This document shows, piece by piece, positions 53,894 to 64,000 of a stretch of 64,000 bases of DNA. A program made the position numbers and the translations under genes. The DNA is taken from NCBI RefSeq assembly GCF_963921235.1, contig NC_086108.1, positions 59,522,001 through 59,586,000 on the forward strand, read 5' to 3'. The stretch is from Mobula hypostoma (taxonomy: Eukaryota). Below the pieces are notes generated by a model, which saw only the letters and a program-made list of their open reading frames with translations, was not told where the DNA came from and did no database searches. Every line of letters begins with the position of its first letter. Position 1 is the stretch's first letter.

Positions 53894-54664
53894 ACTGAAG
53901 GAAGAGTGAGTAAGGGATTTGAACCCTATGATGAATGATCAAGGACTGGCTGACCAACAAAGTTATTGAAGCCTTGCAATAAGGATTTCTCAGTCTCATT
54001 CTCCACTGCCTTGGAGAGGATCATGAATTTGGGTTATGGTACGATGAAGCCTCAGGCATCTTTATTCCCATACAGCATTCATCGATAACAAGACATCTGG
54101 CCTCAGGAGCTCGACAGATGGAATTGTTTCAGACTGTTTTGGTCTGGTACGTCCCATACTTTCTGCAATCTCCTGCTCTCAGTAATGTATCAATACATGT
54201 TCTCTGATGGATTCCCTTGTTACTGGCTTTGGATTTTGTAGAATATTTGAACGTAGCATTATGTAACATGGCTAACCAGTCATTTTATATTGGTTTGTAC
54301 TTATTATAATTAATTAAATTGGCACTTTCCTGAAACTTAGCGGTAATATTCAGTGATAATGAGACTGCAGGAATTAATTCCATTTATTTTGAAATCTCTC
54401 CATGTTTATCACAGATGTAGTCACATGCTGAAAAATGGGAAATTGCATATATTTTTATGTCAAAACTCTTTCTGACCCAACCACAAGTTGTCCACACTTA
54501 CTCAACTGATTACCCTTCCAAGGCATTTTAATACCTAAAAATGTGTGTGCATGTGATAAATAAATCTGAAACTGAATATGAATCTCCTTCCTCCCCACCC
54601 TTCTTGTTCTGTCTGGTCAAGTAATTCAAGGAAATTTCTCCAATGAATTGGTCTCAGGCAATTC

Positions 54665-55155
54665 AATGGCTGGTTAATGTTCAACGTTTAAAGGAAATTT
54701 ATTATCTAAGTACATATATATTACCATATACAACCCTGAGATTCATGTTCTTAAAGGCATTCACAGTAAATACAAGAAACATAATAGTATCAACGAAAGA
54801 CTGCACCCAGCAGGATGGACAAACAATGTGCAAATGACAACAAGCAGTACAAATACAAAAACAAACAAACAAATAAGCATTTAATATTGAGAACATGAGA
54901 TGAAGAGTCCTTGAAAGTGAATCCAAAGGCTGTGTGAACAGTTCGATAATGGGGCACGTGAAGTTGAATGCAGTTATCCCCTCTGGTCCTAGAACATGAT
55001 AGTTGAGGGCTAAAAACTATTCCTGAACCTGGCGGTTTACGTCCTGATGGCAGCAGTGAGCAAAGAGCATGGCCTGAAGGGTGGGTGTCCTTGATGGTGG
55101 ATGCTGCTTTCCTGCGACAGCACTCCGTGTAGGTGTGCTCAATGGTGGTATGGGT
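54665..55155 (-). mobile_element. Rex1-type LINE 3' end
   Basis: Antisense of the 640-1130 region (aagagcatggcc..tccttgatggtggatgctgctttcc, plus tail). Confidence 0.7.
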
Positions 55156-57051
55156 GTGTCATGTGATATTCCTGTCCATTTAACTATAATTAGTGGATTT
55201 TCCAACAGTGTTACCAGCATGAAAAATTATTTTACTTTAGGACTGAGCATTCGTGCCTGGATTCTCCTGGAGTTGTTGAGGGGTAGTTATTAACAATAGT
55301 TTTCAGAAGGAATTATATTCAAAAATGGTTACAAAAGGCTATCTAGTTCATTAGATTAATTGGACTTAATTTCATATTTTGTAGAGTGCAGGTGCAATTT
55401 TGGGATTTGATGTGGCAAGTTATGCCCTAAAACAGGAAGCGTAATTTTATACTTTTAATGTAAACTCCATTCAAGCTGTAAAAGAATTGTTAGTGGAAGT
55501 AAATCCCATAAAAAGAAACATATTTAAAACACACACACACACACACACAAGCCAGTGGGAAGTGCTGATTTCTATGGCCATATTTCCAAAATTTGTTTCT
55601 GAAGCAGTAGGCTCCGCTGGAAAGCAAATTCAGGAATTCAGTGTTATCATGTTTGAACAAAACACCTCAGTAAGAGCCATTTACTGCAAAGCCAAGCTCC
55701 TTTTGCATTACTTTTTATGTATGATATCTGTTAACACACAGCAAGGAATGAAACAAAGACTTCTTTAGTCCAGGATTCACACAAAGTATGACATGATTTC
55801 ACACAAAAAAGGCAAGAATATTAATCAAAAGAAGGCACTAGTACTGAAAATAATTATTTTCAAGGAGATTACTGCATAAATTACAATTGGTCATGTTTAC
55901 TACAATTAAGTTAAATTGGCCATTTTCATGAAACCTTGCTAAATCAACACCTGTAAGACTGCAGGAAGCGTGACTATTTATCATGACATCCAGTCTAACA
56001 CAATGATCTCCCCAATAACCGCACTAATCTAAAACTTTGAATTTTTTGAGGAGGAATAAAGCACGGTTGACAAGAGTGCAGCTTTTCCCGCAGCCTATGT
56101 GGGTTTGTAGTAAAGCAGGCTTCTCAAAGAAGGGAAAAGCAATCTGATCCAAAGTATGTGATAAATTGAACAAAAATTAACTTAGTTGTGGTTACTTTCA
56201 AAAGCATTCAGAAAGCAAAATCTTTGTTGTCCAGTGTAATCAGAAGAAAACCATGGGAGCCGGAAGATGTGTGTCTATTTTGTTTTACTTTTGTGAGACA
56301 CGCACTTACTGTGTGATGTGGTGGCATAATAATGCACACCATTTACATACTATTAAATATAACCATTAATGCATTATGTCAGCAACTAAGAATGCTTAAT
56401 CAAACAATATATTTACAATATTCCTCAAATATTACTGAAATATTAAATACACAATACACCTCCCTGCTTAGCTATAAACTCCAACTCAATATCGAATACA
56501 TCTCAAATATATATACAGTATCCTATATAATACAACCATTATATAGACATCCACAACATTATAAATGTAAAATTGTCCATTCGGTCCTAAAGATTTAATT
56601 GCTGTGGAGAATTCCTTATTCTTGTAGGATAATCCTCTCCTGACAAGGGGGAGTCATTCTGATTGCCAGGTGAGACATGGCTGTGAAACAATCTCAGGTT
56701 CTGGGTCCTCCTCTGTAATAGGTTTCGGAGTTGACTCTGAGGTTGCAGGAAGTGGTTCTGATGGCTCAGGACACCGTTCTCCTCTAACAGTTGACTCAGC
56801 TTTCCTCAAATGATCAGTGTCTCTTCTTCAGATGACATCAAACACAATCTCCACTGTGTAGGAGAATGGTCCAGTTCTGTCTTTAATATTTCCGAGGGGA
56901 CTTCCGGTAGCGCTCATGGAGTGAAGTCGCGTTCTTGACTCGCTCCATTACCTCTGAGTTTTTTTTCTCTATGGTCAGCTATACTTTAATTAACCATTAA
57001 GGCATCAACTCTTACAATACTTTGAATTAAACTGAATTCTCCGACAACTGG

Positions 57052-57951
57052 ATGGAACTTAGATCTGCTATGTCTAAGAACGAGAAAGACGGCAAGGATG
57101 GTAAACCTCCGGTTAAACCGAAAGCTACGGATCTCCCTCCGACTGAATCACCGGTGACTTTGAAAGCGATATCGGAGTTAATTCAGAGGGAAATTTCAAC
57201 CTCTGTTAGGGAGATGATTCGTACGGAAATTGCAGGCTTTGTTAAAGACCTGATTCATACGGAAATCTCAACTAATTTCCAGAAAATTGCCGATTTAATT
57301 GATAAGATGCAAACATGTATTGCGGAACATCAGTCGGCTATATCTGATCTTCAAAAATTCGCGCAACAAAGTGAGCTTAAGATGGGGAAAATCGAAGAAA
57401 CAATTAATGTAATGAAGAAGAAACTTGACTTTTTGACTTTTAAAAACTCTGACTTGGAATCTAGAATGCGACGGCAGAATCTACGAATGATTGGCGTGAG
57501 GGAAGCCGTTGAAGCTAACAACCCCATGAAATATTTCTCCCAACTTTTAAAAGATGCATTCCCTACTGTATTTCCTGACCAACCACCGCTACTGGATCGT
57601 GTTCACAGAATCCCATCATACTCGTCTAGGTCAGATAGACCTAGGCATGTTATCTTACGTTTTCATTACTTTCAAGACAAGGAGAGACTGTTTCGATTTG
57701 CTCGATCTAAAGGTTTCATTGATTTTTCGGATCTTAAGTTCCGATTCGTGGAAGATTTCAGTAAACCAATCTGGGACCAACGGGTCCGTTACAGATCCGT
57801 GATGTCGGAATTCTATAAGAGGGATTTAAGACCAGCGCTGCTGTACCCTGCACGTCTAAGGATTCGCATGTCAGATGGAGCCCTTCGTTTTTTTGATTCT
57901 CCATCGGATGCCCAGAGTTATCTGGATCAACTTTCATCTCCAACATCTTAA
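57052..57951 (+). CDS. L1 ORF1p (coiled coil plus RRM/CTD RNA-binding protein)
   Basis: 299 aa with a heptad-rich region followed by RRQNLRMIGVRE, RVHR, EDFS and LLYPARL motifs. Alternative ATG at 57070. Confidence 0.93.
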   Translation: MELRSAMSKNEKDGKDGKPPVKPKATDLPPTESPVTLKAISELIQREISTSVREMIRTEIAGFVKDLIHTEISTNFQKIADLIDKMQTCIAEHQSAISDLQKFAQQSELKMGKIEETINVMKKKLDFLTFKNSDLESRMRRQNLRMIGVREAVEANNPMKYFSQLLKDAFPTVFPDQPPLLDRVHRIPSYSSRSDRPRHVILRFHYFQDKERLFRFARSKGFIDFSDLKFRFVEDFSKPIWDQRVRYRSVMSEFYKRDLRPALLYPARLRIRMSDGALRFFDSPSDAQSYLDQLSSPTS

Positions 57952-58673
57952 TTGCTTTCTTTTTAATTTTCTCCGTCGATCGGAGGCTGTGAATTGGTTG
58001 GTTTTAACTTTTCTGTGCCCTATTTGGGCAGAAAAGTTTACTTTCGATTTCTTAATATGGCTACTAAACTTTCTTTTTAACTGCGTCATTTCTTTCTTTT
58101 CCCAGGGGATTCTGGGTGGTTACTTCCCTTTTGTCATCTTACGTATTTCCTGTGCGGCCTTAAATTTTGTAGTTTTTGTTTAAATTTTATTCTGTTTTGC
58201 TTTTTATAATCACTTTATGTTAATAATCCTATTTTTTTTGTTGCTGTGTCTATTCATGAGTTTGAGGTTTATTGTGGTTTTTTTTTAATATATATTTTCC
58301 GGCTTTTGTTCTGTTCTGTGTGTATTCTAATTGAGCTAACTTTTTTTTACTTATTTTTTTACTGTTTTACAATTAGCTGATCCTTTTCATATTTATACCT
58401 TTTTTTTAGGGAGCGTATACCGGAAGTCATGGGGGTAGTTTTAGCGCTTGCTTCTTTCTGGCGGGTCTGCTTTAGATTTTGCCTTGGGATCTTGGGTTGG
58501 GGGGTGGCGGGAGGGGCTTCACGTTTTAGTTTGTTTTTCTTTGGGCTATATACATTATTGAAGTACTGGTTGCGTCCTTTTCCCCGGTATCTTTTGTATG
58601 TTCTGTTTCCTCTCCGGGTTTGTGGGTCGCGCCTATTGTCAATCCTCCTTGTTGTGGGTTGACTTTAGGATTT

Positions 58674-61600
58674 ATGGAGTCTATTATTAATTTTGTCTCC
58701 TGGAATACTAATGGTCTTAATCATCCTATTAAAAGAAAAAAAGTTTTTAAAGTGTTCCGGAGACTTAAAGCACAAATTTTATTTTTACAAGAGACCCATG
58801 TACGGAGGGGGGACAGACTACGTTTTTTCAAATTCTGGAAGGGCCAACAATTTCATTCGAACTCCAATGCTAAGATTCGAGGCGTCTCTATTTTTATAGA
58901 TTCCTCAGTTACTTTTATACAACAGGATATTATCTCTGATCCGAATGGTAGATTTTTATTGGTTAGTGGTTTACTATTTAATAAAAAAGTAGTTTTGGTT
59001 AATGTTTATGCTCCTAATATGGATTGTCCGGAATTTTATAAATCATTGTTTGATCAGTTTCCGAATTTGAACGAGTTTTCATTGATTTGGGGCGGAGATC
59101 TTAATACCTGTTTATCTCCAGCTTTGGACCGTTCGGCTCCTTTACGGACTTTACCTAATAAATCTGCAAATTTGATTAATTTTTTCCTTTCTGATTCTGG
59201 GTCGACGGATATTTGGCGTTTTCTGCATCCTCAGGAAAAAGATTTTTCCTTTTTTTCACATGTTCATCATTCCTATTCAAGAATTGATTATTTTTTTATT
59301 GATTCTCGTCTCATTCCTTCAGTGATTAAATGTGATTATGATTCTATAACCATTTCGGATCATGCTCCACTTAAGCTTTCTATTAAAATTATGGCCAATA
59401 TACCAAACAATAGACAATGGCGTTTTAATTCGCTGTTGCTTCAGGACTCGGACTTTGTTAATTTTATGAATGAACAGATTGAGCTTTTTTTTATAATTAA
59501 CCATACAGAAGATATTTCGGTTAACACTCTTTGGGACACTTTTAAAGCCTATATTCGGGGTCAGATTATTTCGTATTCCGTTGCTTTGAGGAAGAAACAG
59601 AAGCAGGAGGAGATGGCAATTGTGGACAAGATTAAAGAAATTGATAAGAAATATGTTATGGCTCCTTCTGAGGAGTTATACAAACAAAGAACTGAACTCC
59701 AAATGGAACACAGTTTACTACTCTCGTCCTCGATTGTAAACCAATTAAAGAAAACAAGAAGTGATTTTTATGTTCACAGTGATAAAATTGGCAAGTTGCT
59801 GGCTAATCAATTGAAATCTAATTATGTTAAATCTCAAATCAATCAGATTTATAACCAAAATGATCGATTGATATTGGATCATGTGGGGATTAATCAAACC
59901 TTTTGTGATTTTTATTCTTCTTTATATCAATCGGAGTCTCCTCGAGATTCTAAATATATGAATGATTTTTTAGATAAGTTAGACTTTCCTCAGATTTCAC
60001 AGGATATGTCTTCTTTATTAGATACTTCCATTACAATGGATGAGATTAAGAATGTTATTTTTTCTATGAATCTGGGGAAAGCTCCTGGCCCTGATGGGTT
60101 TACCGTTGAATTTTATAAATGTTTTGCTTCTTTATTGATTCCTTGGCTCTATAAGGTTTTTGAGGCTTCTTTGAAACTTGGTAAACTTCCGGAATCTTTT
60201 AATAGAGCATCAATTTCTTTAATACTAAAGAAGGATAAAGACCCTGCTCAATGTGCATCTTATAGACCAATATCTTTATTAAATGTTGATTCTAAAGTTT
60301 TTTCTAAGTTATTAGCAAATAGACTAGAAAAAGTACTTCCTTCTATTATTTCGGAAGACCAAACGGGTTTTATTAAAGGTCGTTACTCTTTTTATAATAT
60401 TCGTACATTGTTAAATATCGTTTATACTCCCTCACAAAATGTTCCTGAGTGTGTTATTTCTTTAGATGCCGAGAAAGCTTTTGATAGAGTAGAATGGCCT
60501 TATTTATTTAAGGTGCTTGAAATGTTTAATTTTAGCCTGAAATTTATATCCTGGATTAAACTGTTATATCACTCCCCTGTAGCCTCGGTTCGTACTAACT
60601 CTTTAAACTCACCTTTTTTTCCTCTCTTTCGTGGTACTCGACAAGGCTGTCCTCTTAGTCCCCTATTATTTGATATTGCATTAGAACCTCTTGCAATTGC
60701 TATTCGAGAATCTTCAAATATTACTGGGATAACTCGGGGATTAAAGTCCCATAAATTATCACTCTATGCTGATGATTTACTTTTATATATTTCTAATCCT
60801 GAGAGATCTATTCCTGCTGTTTTAGAGTTATTAGCACAATTTGGTCTTTTCTCAGGTTATAAATTAAATCTTAGTAAGAGTGAACTTTTTCCGATTAATA
60901 AACATCTTCCCTTATATTATAAATTTCCATTTAAATTGATTAATAATTACCTTTCATATCTTGGGATTAAAATTACTTGTAAACATAAAGATTTATTTAA
61001 GACTAACTTTTTACCATTAATAGACCATATTACTCAACTTTCATCTAAATGGTTTCCTTTATATTTAACTTTGATTGGTCGTATTAATGCAGTTAAGATG
61101 TTTTTTTTGCCAAAATTTTTATATGTGTTTCAGGCATTACCAATTTTCGTTCCTAAATCTTTTTTTGATAAAGTCGACTCTAAAATTTCTTCATTTATTT
61201 GGCAGAATAAGAATCCGAGACTGGGTAAAATACATTTACAGAAAGCTAAGAGAGATGGAGGTTTAGCATTACCTAACTTTAGATTTTATTATTGGGCTAT
61301 TAATATTCGACATATGAAATTTTGGTTACTTGACCGGGATATACTATCTATTCCTAAATGGGTAGCATTGGAATTACAATCTGTTCAGGGTTATACACTT
61401 GGTTCTATTTTAGGTTCATCTCTTCCTTTTGATTCGAAACGCCTTAAGCAGGTCTCTAACCCGATCGTTAAATATGCTTTGCGTATTTGGTTTCAATTCA
61501 GAAAATTTTTTGATCTTAATCAATTCGGGTTAGCGATTCCTATTTTAGGTAACATATTTTTTCCTCCCTCTTTTACGGATCGCGCTTTTCAAACTTGGAA

Positions 61601-62450
61601 GACTAAGGGTATTTTACGGTTTTTGGATTTATTTTTAGATGGTTCCCTTATGTCTTTTGAACAATTATCTAATAAATATAACCTATCAAGAATACATTTT
61701 TTTAGATATTTACAAGTTAGAAATTTTCTAAGTACTATACTTCCTTCCTTTCCAATGCTTCCTCCTATATATATTTTAGATTCGATAATTAACCTTAATC
61801 CATGTCAGAAAGGTGCATCGGCTATGATTTATAATATTATTATGAAACTCAGGAAAGCTCCATTTGATAAGATTAGGGTAGATTGGGAACAGGAATTGGG
61901 GCTTACCATTTCTGTGGATGATTGGGGGCAGATTTTACAATTAGTTAATACTTCCTCTATTTGTGCTAAACATTCCCTAATTCAATTTAAAGTGGTGCAT
62001 AGAGCACATATGTCCAAAGATAAGTTAGCGCGTTTTTACTCGCATATTAATCCTTTCTGTGATAGATGTTCGGGGCAGATAGCCTCTTTAACTCATATGT
62101 TTTGGTCTTGCCCTACTTTGGAAACTTTTTGGAGAGATATTTTCAATATTATTTCTAAGGTATTAAATATAGATATCTCTCCTCACCCTATTACTGCTAT
62201 CTTTGGACTACCTAAAATTTCTAGTAATCTTTCCCCTTCAGCCCGTAGAATGATTGCATTTCTTACTTTAATGGCGAAAAGATGTATTTTACAACATTGG
62301 AAAGAGCTTAATGCTCCAACTACCTTTTTTTGGTTTTCTCAGACGATTTTATGTTTGAATCTGGAGAAAATTAGAAGTAACCTTTATGATTCTTCATTTA
62401 AATTTGAACAGATTTGGGGACCTTTTATTCGATATTTTCATTTAATGTAA
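58674..62450 (+). CDS. L1 ORF2p (APE endonuclease, reverse transcriptase, CCHC)
   Basis: 1258 aa from ATG 58674, with SWNTNGL, LQETH, GGDLN, SRIDY, SDH (APE); KAPGPDG, QGCPLSP, YADD (RT); and CDRC-x8-H-x4-C. Confidence 0.96.
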   Translation: MESIINFVSWNTNGLNHPIKRKKVFKVFRRLKAQILFLQETHVRRGDRLRFFKFWKGQQFHSNSNAKIRGVSIFIDSSVTFIQQDIISDPNGRFLLVSGLLFNKKVVLVNVYAPNMDCPEFYKSLFDQFPNLNEFSLIWGGDLNTCLSPALDRSAPLRTLPNKSANLINFFLSDSGSTDIWRFLHPQEKDFSFFSHVHHSYSRIDYFFIDSRLIPSVIKCDYDSITISDHAPLKLSIKIMANIPNNRQWRFNSLLLQDSDFVNFMNEQIELFFIINHTEDISVNTLWDTFKAYIRGQIISYSVALRKKQKQEEMAIVDKIKEIDKKYVMAPSEELYKQRTELQMEHSLLLSSSIVNQLKKTRSDFYVHSDKIGKLLANQLKSNYVKSQINQIYNQNDRLILDHVGINQTFCDFYSSLYQSESPRDSKYMNDFLDKLDFPQISQDMSSLLDTSITMDEIKNVIFSMNLGKAPGPDGFTVEFYKCFASLLIPWLYKVFEASLKLGKLPESFNRASISLILKKDKDPAQCASYRPISLLNVDSKVFSKLLANRLEKVLPSIISEDQTGFIKGRYSFYNIRTLLNIVYTPSQNVPECVISLDAEKAFDRVEWPYLFKVLEMFNFSLKFISWIKLLYHSPVASVRTNSLNSPFFPLFRGTRQGCPLSPLLFDIALEPLAIAIRESSNITGITRGLKSHKLSLYADDLLLYISNPERSIPAVLELLAQFGLFSGYKLNLSKSELFPINKHLPLYYKFPFKLINNYLSYLGIKITCKHKDLFKTNFLPLIDHITQLSSKWFPLYLTLIGRINAVKMFFLPKFLYVFQALPIFVPKSFFDKVDSKISSFIWQNKNPRLGKIHLQKAKRDGGLALPNFRFYYWAINIRHMKFWLLDRDILSIPKWVALELQSVQGYTLGSILGSSLPFDSKRLKQVSNPIVKYALRIWFQFRKFFDLNQFGLAIPILGNIFFPPSFTDRAFQTWKTKGILRFLDLFLDGSLMSFEQLSNKYNLSRIHFFRYLQVRNFLSTILPSFPMLPPIYILDSIINLNPCQKGASAMIYNIIMKLRKAPFDKIRVDWEQELGLTISVDDWGQILQLVNTSSICAKHSLIQFKVVHRAHMSKDKLARFYSHINPFCDRCSGQIASLTHMFWSCPTLETFWRDIFNIISKVLNIDISPHPITAIFGLPKISSNLSPSARRMIAFLTLMAKRCILQHWKELNAPTTFFWFSQTILCLNLEKIRSNLYDSSFKFEQIWGPFIRYFHLM

Positions 62451-62743
62451 TATTTACCCTTCTTGTTTTTTTTCACTGTTTTAATGGAGGTCGGGATTGA
62501 GGACGTGATTTTAAGTTTAACTCTGTTTGGTTTCAAGTTAGCCCATTGCTTTGCTTTGCTTTTAGTTAGTTGCACGGTGGGTTTTTTTTGGGGGTTTTTT
62601 TTTTCTTTTTTTCCATTGATATATATAAAATCTAGTATACTATTATGTTATCTTGGTTTCTTATGCTTAAATTACGTTGTTTGTAGTATTTTCTTTTTGG
62701 TATTGTTACCTTTTGGAATTTTATTATACTTTAACATTGTATT

Positions 62744-62784
<41 letters not shown>

Positions 62785-63814
62785 TTCCAAGTACCCAGTT
62801 TTGGTCACCACTGTAATCCCTCACCAGGACTGCTTGACCTGGAGAGAAACATTGAGCCTCCCTGTTTGAGGAACCCTCAAGTTGGCTTAGCTCTTAGGCC
62901 TTCATACTCCTTCTGAGACTGGGTTTGAGCAGATCCGAGCAAAAGGCCCAAAGGATAACCCAGGAGCAGCATAATCGGTGAGTTGTTGGTTATGGAGCGT
63001 GCTGCATTGCAATACACAATGAAGAAATAAGTGAGCTTCTGATTCAGTGTCAGTGTAGTGTGTTCTGCTGACATTGCTGGCAGTGCATTCTTTAAAATCT
63101 GGACAAACTTTTCCACCAAACCATTTGTAGCTGGGTGGTATGGTATACAGTAGATGTAATATGTTGTTTTCCATTCATTTTCAGAAATGACTGAAACTGT
63201 TCCACAACAAGCTGTGGTCCATTGTCACCGACTAAGCGTTCTGGAACACCAGTCCCTGAGAAGAGTCTTCTTAACATATCAACAGTGTACAAGACTGTAG
63301 AGGAGATTTTTGGGAACTCTTCTGGCCACTTTGGAGTTGCATCTGCCACTACTAAGAAATTTATGCTCATGAATGGTCTGGCAAAATCCACACGAATCCT
63401 CTGCCAGGGCAATACGTCATTCTCAGGGAATGAGTGGCTCTGCTCTTGGCATCTTCTGGATGTGTTGGCATACTGAACAGTGCATGGCATGTTGCTCAAT
63501 CTACTGATGTGTTCCAGGGCACCAGACATAGCTTTGAGCCAACACTTTCATTTTGATCATGCATAGATAATTGATATATATCTGCTCCAACACTTTAGCT
63601 ATCAGCTTGGATCCCCACACTCAGTCTGCACATTCCAGCCATTTTGAGTTGCTATGTAGATATGAGACTGTGTGTGGTCTTTTCTGGTTTCCCTCTTCCA
63701 TAATAGGGAGACTTTTGATTTGCATTAGGGAGAATATGTTACGAGGAGTGTCCTTTTTTGTAAATTTTTCAGGTATTTCATTTTCTAAGGGCAAACAGGA
63801 CAATCCATTAGCAT

Positions 63815-64000
63815 CACACACAAAATGCTGGTGGAATACAGCAGGCCAGGCAGCATCTATAGGAAGAGGTACAGTCGATGTTTCAGGCTGAGACCCTTCA
63901 TCAGGACCAACTGAAAGAAGAGATAGTAAGAGATTTGAAAGTGGGAGGGGGAGGGGGAGATCGGAAATGACAGGAGAAGACAGGAGGGGGAGGGATGGAG
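63815..64000 (-). mobile_element. 3' end of another Penelope-like element, running off the window
   Basis: Homologous to 36954-37140 and inserted into the Gypsy pol region. Confidence 0.85.
63872..63909 (-). ncRNA. Minimal hammerhead motif (AUC triplet variant)
   Basis: Minus strand UGGUC-CUGAUGA-A-GGGU(CUCA)GCCU-GAAACAUC^GACUG. Confidence 0.7.

Larger units (their letters stand above)
53520..53922 (-). mobile_element. Non-coding Penelope-derived insertion: two terminal-repeat copies (period 238 bp), 11-bp TSD
   Basis: Repeat copies start at 53520 and 53758 and match 36954-37090. accctatgatg is duplicated at 53509-53519 and 53923-53933. Confidence 0.92.
56896..62781 (+). mobile_element. Full-length, apparently intact L1-clade LINE
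   Basis: 5' end GGGGACTTCCGG, two open ORFs, 32-nt pure poly(A) at 62750-62781. TSD aatatttcc (56885-56893 and 62780-62788) sits at a ttt/aa site. Confidence 0.96.
56185..63814 (-). mobile_element. Decayed Gypsy/Ty3 LTR retrotransposon (integrase, PPT, 3' LTR at about 56185-56458), split by L1
   Basis: Integrase remnants PWQRIRVDFARPF..KWPE and GVPERLVGDNGPQ (63092-63529). The frame GDQNWVLGNIKDRTGPFSYTVEI rejoins across the L1. A purine tract gcagggagg abuts TG at 56458. Confidence 0.85.

Noticed and set aside
62463..62816. Third L1 ORF ending in poly-Lys
   Set aside because: It has a non-ATG start and reads through the T-rich 3' UTR and poly(A) into flanking DNA.

Overview
Eukaryotic, repeat-dense intronic or intergenic DNA, most likely from a cartilaginous fish (ray/shark). 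This is inferred from the mix of HE1-type V-SINEs, HER1/CR1 LINEs, Rex1/Babar LINEs and GIY-YIG Penelope elements. No host protein-coding gene could be identified with confidence. The window is a stack of nested transposons of different ages: many CR1 and Rex1 fragments, four solo LTRs, a decayed Gypsy element, Tc1, hAT and Harbinger relics, and several SINEs. Three things stand out. (i) An apparently intact, full-length 5.9-kb L1-clade LINE (about 56896-62781) has open ORF1 and ORF2, a pure poly(A) tail and a TSD. Its long inter-ORF spacer carries an inverted copy of the element's own 5' terminus directly behind a strong splice acceptor. (ii) A family of Penelope-like elements carries minimal hammerhead ribozyme motifs. 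(iii) One member is a TSD-flanked, non-coding 403-bp insertion (53520-53922) with two hammerheads 238 nt apart, a retrozyme-like architecture. Boundaries of old fragments are approximate because they were read by eye.
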